Shown here one piece after another: positions 1 to 14,745 of a stretch of DNA of 64,000 bases. The translations under genes and the position numbers were made by a program. The stretch's first letter is position 1. Each line of letters starts with the position of its first letter. Source of the DNA: Bigelowiella natans CCMP2755 (taxonomy: Eukaryota; Protista; Cercozoa); contig ADNK01000314.1 in assembly GCA_000320545.1 (NCBI GenBank), positions 52,951 through 116,950 of the forward strand, read 5' to 3'. Below the pieces are notes generated by a model. The model made no database searches. It was not told the origin of the DNA and saw only the letters and a program-made list of their open reading frames with translations.

Positions 1-1054
1 AAGGTCCCTGCTGTCCCTCCTAGTAAGCACACCCCCCCCCCCCCCCCCCGAGATCAAGATCAAATCGCAAAAATCCTCCATGAAATTGACGTTTCACAAG
101 CTTTCTCCTAGCCATCCAGGTATAGTAGGGATTTGTGGAACGAGGAGGGGGGGGATGGGAACGACATGATTCGGCATCTCTTTCTCTGCCCGTTCTTTTG
201 TGAATAGCTAGAGTTTTCATGCTGTCCTTTTGAGCCGTCACCAATGAACTTTACGCTACGGCTTTTCAATATACTCTTCAGAGTTTCAAAAACTCCTCAA
301 GTCTATCCCTGAGGCGCCGGATACAAACAAGTGCCCAGTTCTTGCTATATTTCACAGTGTGAAGACGGGAAGTAAACCCGCAACCCTTAAGTATTTGTGC
401 GATAAAAATGGAAAGGAACTCAACAAAGAGCAACTTGACGCATTTCTTCAAGCATTTCAAGAAGGTAATAGTTTCTAGGAGTAGCCAGCACCTTTTAGGT
501 GGAGGTCGTTGAGCTGCGATGAATGAGCCCTCATTCCTGCGCTCAAATAGGCAAATTAGACCCCAACCTACGAAGCCAAACCAAAAAAGACCTGGAGGCT
601 GAGATCGGGAAAGACCTTCAAGAAGACCCTGAAAGCAAAGACGGGGAGAACAGGATTATGTTCGAAAATACTGGTGTCTTCCATGCGACTGGCAAAAACT
701 TAATTGGCATCAACAAAAGGGTATGGAATAGAGAACCATCTCCCCACCCACAATGCCCCGCGAGCACTAAGTGTGACGATTTGTGCTCGTCAGACTTCTG
801 AACGTTAGTTGTACCATGATAATAACCATCACAGCATCATTGCGTTCTCATTGCGTACTCCCAAGCCGACAAAGAGAAAGAGGAAGCCCGCATCACGTTG
901 CTTCAGCTTGCAACAGCAATAAAGGCGTTTCCAATTATGGCACAAGAAGTGCGAGTCGTGGGATTCGATATCAGCGCAAACGAGTACGTTTACCTTCGCA
1001 ATACCTGATGATGTATACTCCTCATTTCTCCTTCTCTCAATTACATCTGGTCCC

Positions 1055-1103
<49 letters not shown>

Positions 1104-1731
1104 CATGCAAAGAATATACGTGTATGGACATGGAGACTGATCGGAAACCTAACCACAATATTCTGCGCGATGTTTCTTCGCTTTCTCATAACAGCATCAA
1201 TCCCCACATTCGCTTGAAGGAGGAGAAAGAGGGCTTTAGTGTTCTATGGCTCAAGAAAGGAACTGACTGTGAGTACAACACGTAGCAGTATAACTTGCCT
1301 TCGAGGAATTAACAAGCCTACTTTCATCTTGTATGCAGATGAATCTAAAGCAAATCCCGAAGAGCTCGACGCTCCCGGAAAGGATTTCAACTTTGAAAAA
1401 TGGAGTAAAATTGTCCAAAACCATAAGAATCCTTTCGTCGAGATTCCGGTCGCTTATTATTCGATTCTCATCGATCGAAAACAATATTGACACGACGTGC
1501 AACAGCATTTGCCATGACATTGACACGGAGATAATTTTTGTCACTCCTTCTCAAAGGAATGGGCGCCAGCAATTTTACATTCTGGAAGCGTGAAGGGTTT
1601 GCTTTACGATGATACACCATATACAATATATAGACGGCGAAAACGAGGAAAATTCTGCGATGGGTTCTCGCAAAGATGGAGGTGACGTTCATCACATTCC
1701 TCTCACACATTTCAATTTTGAAGTAGTACTG

Positions 1732-1775
<44 letters not shown>

Positions 1776-2910
1776 ATCCTTCCCCCGGTGATGCAGAGGC
1801 ACAACCTTCCCGACCTTGTGGAACGATTTAAGAAAGAATTCGTGAGGCGTGCCATACGGGGGCGCTTAATCGAGGCGCTTAACCGATCAAGCAAAGATCC
1901 AGAGAAGCAACTGGGGGAGATAAAAGTAATTTTTCTAATTATTTCAAGTTAGTTGGTGCGATCTAACCTTTGTAAATATTGTAGACAAAGATCGAGGCCC
2001 AGGAAGGATACGACATTGCCAAGATCACGAATGGTAGGCCTCCATAAGTGCGCGCGTTATTTTGAAACGCCCATATTCCATACAGTCTTCTTCTTCTTCT
2101 TCTTCTTCTTCTTCTTCTTCTTCTTCTTCGTCTTCTCCAAATACATGAATATGCATGTGTGTATCTCTGTACGGGGCGCCAGATGTAAACACGACGTGGA
2201 TAACGCATCTATTCTTGGAGGAAGAAATCTTCCGAAACTACAAGGAGGACACACGCAGCGTTGGGTCGAGTCCTCCGATTGACGCTGTCGCTATTGGTAG
2301 TCAATGATAGATAAGCCAACTCGTGGCAAACACCCCATCGTAACTCTAAGTTTCATGCTGATACTTACAAATAGTAATCTCGTTATAACTATAATAAGGG
2401 ATCATACGGAACCCGAATAATAGCGACAAGAAGACGAACCCAGGTAATAATGCGGAGTATTAGAGAAGGGGGGGGGGTTCATGGGAATGACAGCAATGGC
2501 GATAACGCTCGCAAAAGAAACAACGCGACCACCCCTTATTCGGATCTAAAAAAAAAAGGTTTTCTTCTCTATATTTCCTCTATATATTTCACAGGAAACC
2601 TTAATGAATTCGAAGATAAGAAGCATTCACTTCATGTTAAGCGTTCGCATCGGGTGAAGCAGGACCGGCGTTCGCATCGGGTGAAGCAGGACCGGGAAGA
2701 CGACTTTTTGAAAGGAATAATCGAGAATCTCAAGCACTGCGAAACTGTAGAGGATTTTAAAGATAAATTCAATATATCGAAGAGAAATACTAGTCCGGTT
2801 ACTAGTCGGTTATCTGAAAGCGATAACTTCTGGATATTACAAAGTATGTGATAGTAAGATAATAAAACCCAGTTTTATATTATATTGTACACACGCACAC
2901 ACACACACAC

Positions 2911-2952
<42 letters not shown>

Positions 2953-3489
2953 AAATGTACATAAAGTATGCATTGAATACAGATAAATAAATAGATGATT
3001 ATTATTTATGTGCGGTGTGTGTCGTCGTATGTGTTGTTGTCGCCATGTGTGTCCTCAGCCCCTGAAGAAAGGGAGGAGACTGTCTCTCGATTTCACCAAA
3101 AGAACGTTACATTTGGGTACGCTTCTTCGCTAATTCTTATTTCTGAATTTTGTATCATCTTGTAAGCCTACTCACGATTTTGATTTTAAAGAACCGAGCC
3201 CGTGCTTGATGCCCAGTGGGAGCTTGAAAAACTCCGAAGACCTTCACACAGGTAAGAGAATTGTCGCAGTAGTTGCTAACCAAAAATTCCAAGAAGGAGA
3301 ATAATGTCGTGTGAGCCTTCCCCTTGATCCGAGGCCGTATTATTTCCACGATAACACCAGAATATGTCCCACGGACACGAAAAGGAAGAAAGGGTACCCA
3401 AACCTGTACCCAATGAATGAGGACAACCTCTCTTCAAAACAAGAGCCTAAACAAGTGCCTAAAGCCCCGTTCGGAGTAATACAGGTGGG

Positions 3490-3530
<41 letters not shown>

Positions 3531-3662
3531 TTAAGATCGAATTCGTATAATTATTTTTTACAACCCAAACCTTCTCTGACAGCATAATGTCATGTCCACA
3601 ACTTACACTCCAACTCGCATATTCGCATGCCGGCACAAAATGGCCACATACTTTACATAAAT

Positions 3663-3697
<35 letters not shown>

Positions 3698-3728
3698 CAC
3701 ATATAAAATATCTATATAATGTACATAA

Positions 3729-3796
<68 letters not shown>

Positions 3797-4002
3797 ATAC
3801 ATTGATTTTTTTATTTAAAAATGTGATTCCGCACGTGGACACAGAACGTTCTTGCGACGTTCAGGATGTCGAAAACGCCTGCTGTAGCCTTGGATGGCGA
3901 AGAAAGCAAAGTTATAAACCAAGATGCCGAATATGAGGGAAAAGTGGACTATGTTAGCGCGTAATATATACATCTTCACACACACACACACACACACACA
4001 TG

Positions 4003-4037
<35 letters not shown>

Positions 4038-4044
4038 TATAAAT

Positions 4045-4086
<42 letters not shown>

Positions 4087-4773
4087 TTTCGTTAAAATAT
4101 ACAGATTGTACATAATTCAACACATTTATCACGAAAAATATACTTGGTGTGCCTTCTTTGATTATTCTATTCGAAACCAAAAGTTGATGACGTTTGCTAC
4201 TACACATCCACAGCGTTCGGTTGCATGGGCCACACCATGCATTTTCTCTCGAAGACAAAGACCTTGTTTACATAAAGTACAAGTCTCGTCGAGCCCTTCC
4301 TAGCATACTGGAGCTTCGGCTCGAGCCTGGTGACGTGGTGCTGGTGAAACCTTTAATGCGTTTCAAGAGGACGTCAGGATTCGCTGAAAGGGACGCCAAT
4401 CCAGGGGACAGCTCGCACAATCATGAAGTGGCATGGAACTCAGAGGAGATCAGAACGTGTAAAGACCGCATCTTTAAGAGCATTCGCCTTCTGGGGATTC
4501 GGTTTTCTTCCCATGAGGAAATACTAAAGCCCCCTCCCCTCGACACCCCGAAGCTCTTCTTTAGTAAGAAAAGTAAAGGGGATCAAAGTAAAGGGGATCA
4601 AGAGGGTTACTGTAAATTCTCTACGATTTGGGACTTCGGGCTTTACAGCGAACGCGTGCTCTCAAATATCAACAAACAGCTTGACATGCATCCGCTGGTC
4701 ACCTATGCGGGATTGCAGGTTCACATCCTTCGGATCCCGCAGATAAAGGCTAATTCCTTCTGGGCAAAAAGGG

Positions 4774-4828
<55 letters not shown>

Positions 4829-7800
4829 CGTGTGTGTGTGTGTGTGTGTGTCAGAGAGAAAGAGGGAGAGAGAGTGTATATGTGGTTGCAGATATGATTT
4901 ATGGCAAAATCACATTGCTTTGCTAACACCATGGCCCCCAGCACTGGGGCTAAATAAGGAATGACATAAGCAGCTCTCTCCTTTCAGCTAATAAACTGTT
5001 CATCCTATGCTGTTTGTACTTTCTCGTTTCTTTGCTGCAGCTCCTGGTGAAATTCCGCCAGATAGCAAATATGTACATCCCGAGGGTTGAGTCGCGGCGA
5101 GGAAACTCTGACTTAACCGACGTTCGCCACATATTCCTCGTCGAGCTGGGGCATGCCGCAGGGTTCGAAACTGTGACCAACGGTCACACTTATAAGATAG
5201 AGACAGCGGAGAAAGCGGAGTTTGACGCCGACGACATCAAGAAATTTTTGGAAGACTCCCAGGGCAGCGCTGAGGAGGACACCCTGGCTGGGTGCTCTTA
5301 CCAGGAGGACAAAAATTATTACCAATGGACAAATGGCTCTAGAGACCTCAGGATCGGTTACGAAGATAAGCTCGTGCTCATCCACTCGGATAACGATTAC
5401 AGCAAAGCCATCAAGGAGATTGTGCTGGACGTGGCCAAGGTACTCAAGTCTTTGAACAAGCGCGATCCGAAGATCTACCTCATCAACATCGACAAATGCG
5501 TCTTGCCCATCTACCTGTCCTCGAATCTGCCGGTCGGAATTCCTCCCTACTTACTACGAATAGAACGGTATCGTGTGAAACACTACTTCAACGACAAACC
5601 CGAGAAGAAGTGGCAAGGCGAAACAACGGCTTCCCAAATGGCGAAGTTCCTAAGGAGAGAATCCCAAATGGGAGAGACAGCGAAAACACCGCCCCCGCGG
5701 GAGACGTATATCTCCGAGAAGCACCTCAAGATTGACTTCAACAGTCTGTTCAAATTCGTGGTGAAGGACAAGAAAGAAATCAACGCAGCTAGGAGGATGC
5801 ACCCTAAATATTTCAAGAGGGGGCAAAAGAAGCAAGAAACGTGGCAGTTTGAAGGCGATCTTTCCATCACCAGAGGTTTGCTATGCGAGCTACTGGTGGA
5901 CTACTGCTGCGAAGACCAGCTGAAGGTGTTTAGCGATCGCCACATCCTTTCATTTGCCCGTCCGGGCTCATTCTCCATTAAGAAGACATCATCAGAGGAG
6001 TTTGTCCATACGTGGGAGGAGACGCATGCCTTCCAGAAGATGAGGCTTATCCTGCGGAAAATTTTGAGCAGCAAGATGGCAAAGAAAGCCATGAGTATTG
6101 CAATGATGCGTGTAGACGTCGATCATTCGTCGGAATTGAGCTCTGAGGAGATTGCGTGCCTTCTGCATCTCGTTATCCTGCCGATCTTGACGAACCCTAA
6201 GGATAAGGAAAAGGAGCTGCCTAATGTTTGTGCAACTAATCCCTTCATTTTTCTTCTACTTTTTTCATCTGTTAAAAATAATTTCGCCCTGATGCTGAAT
6301 TAAATAAATGCATGGCAAACACATCAGGTGATATCCACTGTTCTTCGGTGGTACGATTCGGATAACGATGTCCACGAGTTCATCGGGGAACGGAAGAAAA
6401 ATTTTTGGATCCGTAGCCTAATTTACGTCGTTCTTCTGGCCGGGGATTTTCACAAACGTGTCACTAAATCTAAAGATAAAGCAGATGAAGCACTCGAAAA
6501 CAAAGCGACAGAACAAGAAACTGATGAATATGAAGGCATGTATAAACGGATAACGGGCGCGGACAACGTTCCGTGGTATCAAGTCTCGCAACTATTTTTA
6601 TGGCTCGAACAGCTCGCGAACGCAGAAAACAAAGCCTATGACACCAGCCCCGCCATCAGCTTCTGGGACGTGTTTCATCAAATTTGGATCACGATCATAT
6701 GCCCGTTCCTTCTGCCGTACGTGCGTTTCTTGGAGGTATGGTGTAGCCCTGGATGGGAGACGAATTGGAACCGATCGCTCTTGGAGCTGCTCTTCGTCGT
6801 TGGGTCGTTCCCGGCTCTCTGCATGCCGTTGGTGTCATTGGGTGTGTGGATTGCAACCCCTAAAGACACGGCCTTGACTGCGGTCGACGGGCTAGGCCCA
6901 ATCGTTGTGCTCTATCTTTTTTGCTACATGTCGGTGAAGGAACTCTTGAGCGGCGAGCTGAAGAAACACGTTCCAGGATTTATCCTTGACAGGCTCGATC
7001 AGGGCCAGCGGCGGTTCAACTTCAGTAAGGAGATCATAAGGGAGAACGTCTCCACGTATTTCAACGACGTGGAGATCTTGCAGAGGGGGGACGATGCCGA
7101 CCCCGCAAACGACGAAGCAAGCTGGAGCTCCGACAGCGAAGATTCTGATGAAGAGCAGCAGGACGTGGCGATAAATCTCAAGGGCGCGCGTGTAGGAGAT
7201 GTTCAGAAAATTCACATCAACGTCCGTGATGTCGTGGAAAAATTCGAAACTCAAATGCGCGAATACAACACGAAGGATAAAGTGGAAAAAGCGGGGTGCT
7301 GGTGCGAGAAACCGGTGGTGTATATTTACGCTACCATTCCTGCACTAATTGGTGCCCTTTGCCCTGCCGTCTCACGCACTCTCTTGGGCCGTGAGTTCCT
7401 CGGTGGAGAGTCAAAGAAGGAAGCTATCGTGGCTGTTACATGGATTATTTGCGGGGTGAGGATTGATTAGCAGCAAATATGTACTTTATATGCATTGTAG
7501 TTTGACTCGTGTATTTCCTCACTTCCGGAGGTCAGTTCCTGAAGACATATGGACACCTGTTTTCGCTAAACTTTGGAGAGACTAAGAAAGTTGTGATACT
7601 ACCTTTACAGTTTATTGGGGTTTTACTTACGTGCTTGCGGCTTAACGAGTGGATGAAGACCGCGTATTCGGCATTGTAATGATGATAAGTGTGAGCTGCC
7701 TTTTTTTAACATAGCTACCGCTGCTGCTTCAATGGAATATTTCAATCCATAACTGCTAGGACTGAGCGTTATGTTTTAAAGTCGTTATCTTTCACACTGT

Positions 7801-8349
7801 ATGTATTATATATGTACCTTTTTTATCTCTTCTCATCGCTTTTTTACTGTTTTTACTCCGATATGTGCGCGCAGCCGCACTCACAGAAACACACACACAC
7901 ACACAAACACAAACACAAACACACACACACATTGTCCAAAAGGATCAAGTTCCAGGCGATACCTGCAGTGTTTAGCAGCTTCTACTCGGTTGAATACGGG
8001 TTTAAGTTTTATATTCCTATTGACACTCCGTCAAATCTGCAAGGATGGATGCTCCTTCGTTCAAACATATTCGAGAAACAGAAGGAAAAGCTGAATAAAA
8101 TCATTCGCGTGGAGAGATTCCTCAACCCGCTGCTAATCTTAACTCTCTGGTTTTCCATAACCATGATCGTCCTCGCCATCCAAGAGGATTCGGACGAGGA
8201 GACGAACAAGAGATCGCATATCTTCAATATTAGCGGTGCGTTGTTAATTTTGAAAATTTTTCGATTTCCTGTCCATCGCTTGATCCAAGAGTCCAGTTTG
8301 ACCAATGCCTTTCATCGATTTCTTCCTCTTACAATCTTGTTATTGAAAA

Positions 8350-8436
<87 letters not shown>

Positions 8437-8685
8437 GGGAGAGAGAGAGGGGGCGGGGGGGTCTTCATTAAGTCGTATCACCTAATTTTGCACGTATTTG
8501 CAGGTATATACCTTCTGTTTATAATGACGGTATACATTAGCTTGACGCTTCTTTTCACTGCATTTGCGAACCTGGTAATCGCAAACGACTACCACCATAT
8601 CTCCGACTTTCTATCTATCTATCTACTTCCGTCTCTCTTTTCCTCCTCCTCTTTGTACATGTCGAAGCGCACGGGGGCGCGCGCG

Positions 8686-8724
<39 letters not shown>

Positions 8725-9236
8725 GGTAGGTAGGTAGGTAGGTAGAGTGATTCAGCGTTTGAGTTGCAATTGTTTGCTTCGGATCAGCTCCTCAACGAAA
8801 CGGTCCTGAGTGCTTTGAATTCGGAGAAGTTTACGATGTCTTCCAAGGTGCTAGTAGCTTCATTGCATGTCGTAGCGTAACACATGTGGGTTCTTGCCCC
8901 CCCCCCCCCCCCCCTTCCCAAACAAAATCATGATACAGCACAGGAACATCTAGGGGCATATACTGTCTCGACAACACTCATCCAATGGCCGTCGTAGTGA
9001 GTGCAAATATGAGATATCGTGGAAGAGAGCTCGTTAATCGCTCGTTTTGCACGTCGCAACAACAACAACAACAATAACGACCTTTTTTTGTTTTTTTAAT
9101 ATATTATTACAGGCGTGGAAGGCCTCCATGAAGAATGAGAGAGCACTGCACGATAAGATAATTTCTATGGTGAGAGCTAATTGCAATAGTAGTAGCAACG
9201 TAGTAGTAGTAGTAGTAGTAGTAGTGTAAATGTATG

Positions 9237-9279
<43 letters not shown>

Positions 9280-9679
9280 CAACGATTCCTACTTACGCTC
9301 TTCTTCTTTTTCTTCTTCTTCTTCTTCAGACCCAGGTGGGGTTGATGGATGTTATGATAGACTCAGCCCGGACAAGGATCCAAAACCATTCAGACCAAGG
9401 CCTCTACTTTAAGGTCTTGGTGCATGGAGGAGCATGGGCAGTAGTTTTTGGTTGTTGTTACCATTACTTTCGGAAGCAGCGTGCGGACCTATAGAAAAAT
9501 CCATTCATATATCAATCCATACACGCAGGTGAGGGAGAGCTTATCGTATTGCTCTTGTTATACTTTAGGTATTCGGGATCGGCATAACATTTCAGCTCCT
9601 AGGTATCGTGGCCTCCTTATTGTCGTCGACCATTGCAGCAGCTATATCTACGCAGCAGGATCAGTTCGTCGAAAGTTGA
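1..9679 (+). CDS. Large multi-exon protein, 5' end outside window: degenerate PDI-like b'-x-a' module, long central region, C-terminal multi-TM region resembling PHTF1/2
   Basis: Hand-spliced GT-AG exons read ...CPVLAIF..KY..ELNKEQLDAFLQAFQEG|KLDPNLRSQ..VFHATGKNLIGINKR|HHCVLIAYSQADKEKEEARITLLQLA..VRVVGFDISAN.. (PDI-like). Long exons lie at ~5041-6225 and 6328-7455. Later exons give YIPIDTPSNLQGWMLLRS..FLNPLLILTLWFSITMIVLA and a last exon VFGIGITFQLLGIVASLLSSTIAAAISTQQDQFVES* (9569-9679). Being a single gene is inferred. Confidence 0.6.
2641..2694 (+). repeat. Exonic 27-bp perfect tandem duplication (RSHRVKQDR x2)
   Basis: gcgttcgcatcgggtgaagcaggaccg occurs twice, in frame. Confidence 0.95.
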
Positions 9680-10544
9680 TCTGCATTGAGATATCACAGT
9701 CATCTTTGTGTACGTCGCGCTTTAATCGGGTGATGATGGCAGCGTTGGGGATGTGGAATCGAGGAATACCGAAGATCGCCGCGACAAATCTGTATGACCG
9801 AGTACGAATGCGCCATTTCTTAGATGTGACAGGCGCCACGAATGATTGTGCGGTCTACGCAAATAGCTGATGTTAGGGCAAAAACAGATTAGAGCTTTAA
9901 GTAGGCTAGTAGGCTAGCAGCAAACGCACATGAATGCATAGTAGCTTGTTGGTTCCTGCACAGTTCAGTTATACTTTAAGAATTACAGCCAAAATATTCC
10001 AACAAGATAAGCGCGCCAGTGTGCAGATCCGCCACGACGAGCTAATGCTACCATGTAGGCATGGCATGAGCACTTCACTCTGGCTACATGCTAGCATGTA
10101 CTCAGTTATTTGGAGACTTCAAGATCTGCCTCGACGAGTTGCTTGGTTGCGCAATCGCTACACAAACATCATCAGCCAGCAGCTAGGCCACGTAGCCGTG
10201 CACGTCACGCAAAGCAACGTTTCCACAACTTTCACAGTAAAGCCAAAGCTTGTTTGTGATGACCTTTTGGTCGCTTGTGTGACATCTGCGCACGAACAAA
10301 CATCAACTGCAGAATCATACTAGGCAACCTAGTATCTGCTTTCAAAAGCAATTGCAAATCGTTGGCACTGCAATACATGTATAGAACTAGCATCCTTGAT
10401 GAAAACACTAAAAGTGGCCATAGCTCGTTATGTTTATTATCTCTTTGTTTGGCGCATTGATAATCCATAGCAGTATCATTGATAAATCATTACATGCTGA
10501 GCTGCCAATATGAGTTCCATTCATTCGTCTGTAAGATACAGGGA

Positions 10545-10800
10545 TCAAAGCATTTTCTTAGTGTCAATAGTCATCAACGAACGAGCTACTGCAGCCCCAT
10601 CTTCCACGCCAGCAGCAGGCCTCGCCATCGCAGACGACTCCTTGCTCCGCCGCTCTCTTAGCCCCGCCCCCTCCTGCTCCCCAACCGACTGCTGCCTTGT
10701 GGTGTGAAACTGTCTCCCAAGCAAAGACTTGTTCTCCGCCAGGCCAAGTTCTTTGTCTATGCGCTCTAGATCACCTGTACATGACACGTAACGCATATTT

Positions 10801-10837
<37 letters not shown>

Positions 10838-11477
10838 CTTATATGTGCAGTGCAAGGCGATGCACACCAATAAAGGTACTGGCCGCACACCCTGCCTACG
10901 CCCCCCAAACAACACAGCTAAAGAGCGACAACACCGCCAGTCTGCTCAGGAGCCAACACACCTAATAATCGCTTCCTCCTCCTGTGAAGCTCGCGCTGCC
11001 TCCGCTGCTGTCTCCGCTGATTCGTCGCGTGCATCTGCAGAAGAGGCAGATAATGGCAGTGATGTTGATGACGGGGCAGAGAACGATGGAGGGAGGATGG
11101 GGCGTGCGCGCAAGTAATTAATCGTCAGAATACATCGAGTAACTTGCCTCTTTGCGTTTGAGAGATTGGCACCCTGTGTTCCCATTTTCCAAACCCTCAA
11201 TTGCTTTCTTATATACTACTATGCTACCCATCATCGTAGTCATCATCATCATCATCATCATCATTCATCAGCTGCAGCATCAGCAGCAGCAGCAGCAGTA
11301 TTAGCTCCAGTGCTCGTTAGTCTCAGCCCCCACGCACCTCGTGCAGGCCAGGCCGAAATATGACGTTATCCAGCACGAATTCCAGCACCTTCATCACCGT
11401 ATCTTCAGGCACACAGTAGCAGTGGATGCTAGGTAGCTACTCCGATAATAACGTAAGCGAGTGAATACACATGCACA

Positions 11478-11523
<46 letters not shown>

Positions 11524-11761
11524 AAGATGCAAATGCGCATCATTCATTCATTCATTCAAACCCTGACGCCGTTGTGCTCGTCGATTTTCCGAGCATATCT
11601 CATGATGAAGCCCTTCACGATAGGAAGCTGCATTGCCATGAAAGCCTGTACGAGGACGGCGACGAATGAGCCAATATTAAGCAGTTGGCAATACAGCACA
11701 CCAATACCACGTATGCATCAAAGGTAATAATAACCATGAGATCTTAGCACCCGCGTATATC

Positions 11762-11793
<32 letters not shown>

Positions 11794-11872
11794 CGCACGC
11801 GCAAATAGATACTTATGAACAGGCGTCGCGGGAGAAATTGCTCAATTGATCAATTTCCACCGCAACATAATG

Positions 11873-11921
<49 letters not shown>

Positions 11922-12047
11922 AAATATACAAAAATGATATCTATGCACATATAAAAGATATATAGGAGTACATTTTTCCAACCCTCTTCGCACTATAATG
12001 TCCCTCGTTACTGATTACATGAATGGCCTCTACTGCCGCTGCTACTT

Positions 12048-12078
<31 letters not shown>

Positions 12079-12391
12079 ATATCCCTCTAGAGGAAAGGGT
12101 AGTTGGCAAGGAAGGTGGCGACTTACAAACTTCCACAGGCCCATCAGCAATCGGAAGAGAAACGTGATGAAGTATCTGATGACGTGGGCGGTTATAAAGA
12201 GTGGAACCATTGACAACAAACGACGATGGCGCTGAGAGTGCTGATGCATGCTCATAACGATGATGACGCCGATGACGACGACAAGCAGTAACACCGAGCA
12301 GTCACAGTTTGTACTGAAGAGATCAGATGAGATGGCACTGTGTTGATACTAGTGCGGCATGCTAGCTAACACCCCCCCCCACACACACATA

Positions 12392-12437
<46 letters not shown>

Positions 12438-13106
12438 TGGCAGCGACTTTTACTACTACTACTACTACTACTACTGCTGCTTACACGGAGGAAATGAAAA
12501 TCATAAGAGCGTAGAGCCTCAGGCCCACGCACCGATCACACTCAGTCTGCATGGTGCGACACAACAGGAAAAGAAGAAGAAGAAGAAGAAGAAGAAGAAG
12601 AAGAAGAAGAAGAAGAAGAGGAAGAGGCAGAGAGCGGCCAAATACTTAGTTTTAGGCCGGAATCATCGTCCTAGTCTTTGCAGCAATAATAGAGTTAATG
12701 ACACATTGCTAATACCATCATCACCACTACTACTACTACTACCACTACCTGAATGTAAGCAGAGAACTCTAGAGCGAAGAAAAAGTCGTACCTATCATGC
12801 CATAATATCATGCTCTTAGCAGCAGGCAACACTGCGCTATGGGAGAGGTATAAGCGTCGAGTCAGATAGCGTCTCTTCGCCGAGCAGTTCGTGGTGCTAC
12901 TGGTGATGGTGATGACAGCGTTGGATTATTTGTTGTGTTTTTGTCTTATAATTTGTCACCGCACAGGTTTGCTAGAACGGCTCCTAGGTCTCGAAAGTTA
13001 TGAAGGTATGAGTGATTGTACGAGTCGTATCTTTGGAAGAAAGAAGAAAGAAAGAAGAAAGAAACGTGATTTAGGCATTATCATGACCCGATATAGATAA
13101 ATTAGT

Positions 13107-13150
<44 letters not shown>

Positions 13151-13774
13151 ATTATGGAGTATGATGTGAAACAACTGAAAGCAAAGCATCATCATCATCA
13201 TCATCATCATCATTATCGTCATCGTCATCGTCACACTCTTCTTCTTCTTCTTCTTAATCATCTTCTTCTACGACTGTTATCCCTATTCTCTACTACCACC
13301 ACTACTACTACTACTACTACTGCTACTACTTCTACTACTTCCCACACCTTTCCAGTCTTTCAATAGCACGTGTGGCGCGCATTTGAAAGATCTCTCGTCT
13401 CCGGGCCTAAAGCATACACACACAAAACAAAATAAAACAAAACCAACATTAGCATGATGCTAATGATAATGTGCTACTGCTCGAGCAGCAGCAGAGAGTC
13501 GCTACGCAAAGCTATTGCCGGCTTTATTCGTTCTTAATGGCAAATGCATTCTCGGTTCTCCGGGGGGGGGATACACGACGAGACTGGGGATTCCTACCTT
13601 CACGTCCTCACCCATATCTTTTGAAGTGTTCTTTTCATCATCAGGATCATCATCATCATCCATCTTGAGCTCACCAGACTACGACGCAGCAGCAGTAGCA
13701 CGCAAAAGGCGGTTTTCATTTGCATGCATTGATCAGATGGAGACGATGGTGACGGCGATGATGATGTTATGGTA

Positions 13775-13805
<31 letters not shown>

Positions 13806-14713
13806 CGAATGCTCTATGTAAGTGCATACGGCATCTGCTTCTAACAGGAAGGTGATTCGTATGGTAGAGGATTTGTCGGTATCATTATCTCCCATTTGGA
13901 CAAGCTCAACACCGCGGATTTATTGTTTCTCTTTCATAGCATTTATGGAAGATGTATTACTTCCTCATAAGTGATTTTCCGCTCTATTTCTCTCCTATCT
14001 TCCTCCTCCGTTTTACGAGCCTCCGCCTGTATTCATAAAGATAGCAGTCGGAGACGAAACATTATCACGCGCACTACTAATCTCTTTTCCTCCCCCCCCC
14101 CCCCCCCCCCACCCCCTCTCTTTCTCCACACACACACACATACACACAAACGTGCACCATCATCATCATCATCTTCTTCTTCTTCTTCTTCTTCCTCTCG
14201 TTCAACCGTCATCATCATCCACCACCATGATCACCACTTCACTTCACTTGTCCTCTATGTTGGACCCTCGCGCGTAGCAGCAGCAGCAACGCTACCTCAA
14301 GCATTCGAATCCAGAAGAACAGCACAACGCTAGGCCAGATGTACAGCTAAAAAGCACCAGGTAGTTCGTACTTAGCTAAGTGGTTATCGAGACGTCCATT
14401 GCTAGTGTAAAGAAGCAGGAGCAGCAGCAGCAGCAGCAGCAGCAGCCATAAGGTACATATCTTGCGAATGTACCACCGATTGCTACTAGCTGCGTGGCGT
14501 GATAAAAACTGTAAACACATACGCACATACACACACAAATCGTGTACTTTGGTGAGCATTCGGAACAATTAAATCAATGCTGCTGAAACAATGATAATAC
14601 CGTATCTAGGATCGCTTTCATGGCGAAGAAAAACTGCAGAAGACAGTTGGAAAAGGGGGGGGGGGGGATGTCAGCATAATCGCATTACAACTAGTAGTAG
14701 CAGCGGCAGTAGC

Positions 14714-14745
<32 letters not shown>

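Noticed and set aside
5014-7470. Long ORFs 5014-6303 and 6328-7470 as a viral or transposon insertion
   Set aside because: They are bounded by splice sites and continuous with the flanking exons; no transposase, RT or capsid motifs recognised.
9680-10544. Convergent spacers as copies of a MITE or other transposon
   Set aside because: No terminal inverted repeats, target-site duplications or alignable similarity between spacers beyond short palindromes.
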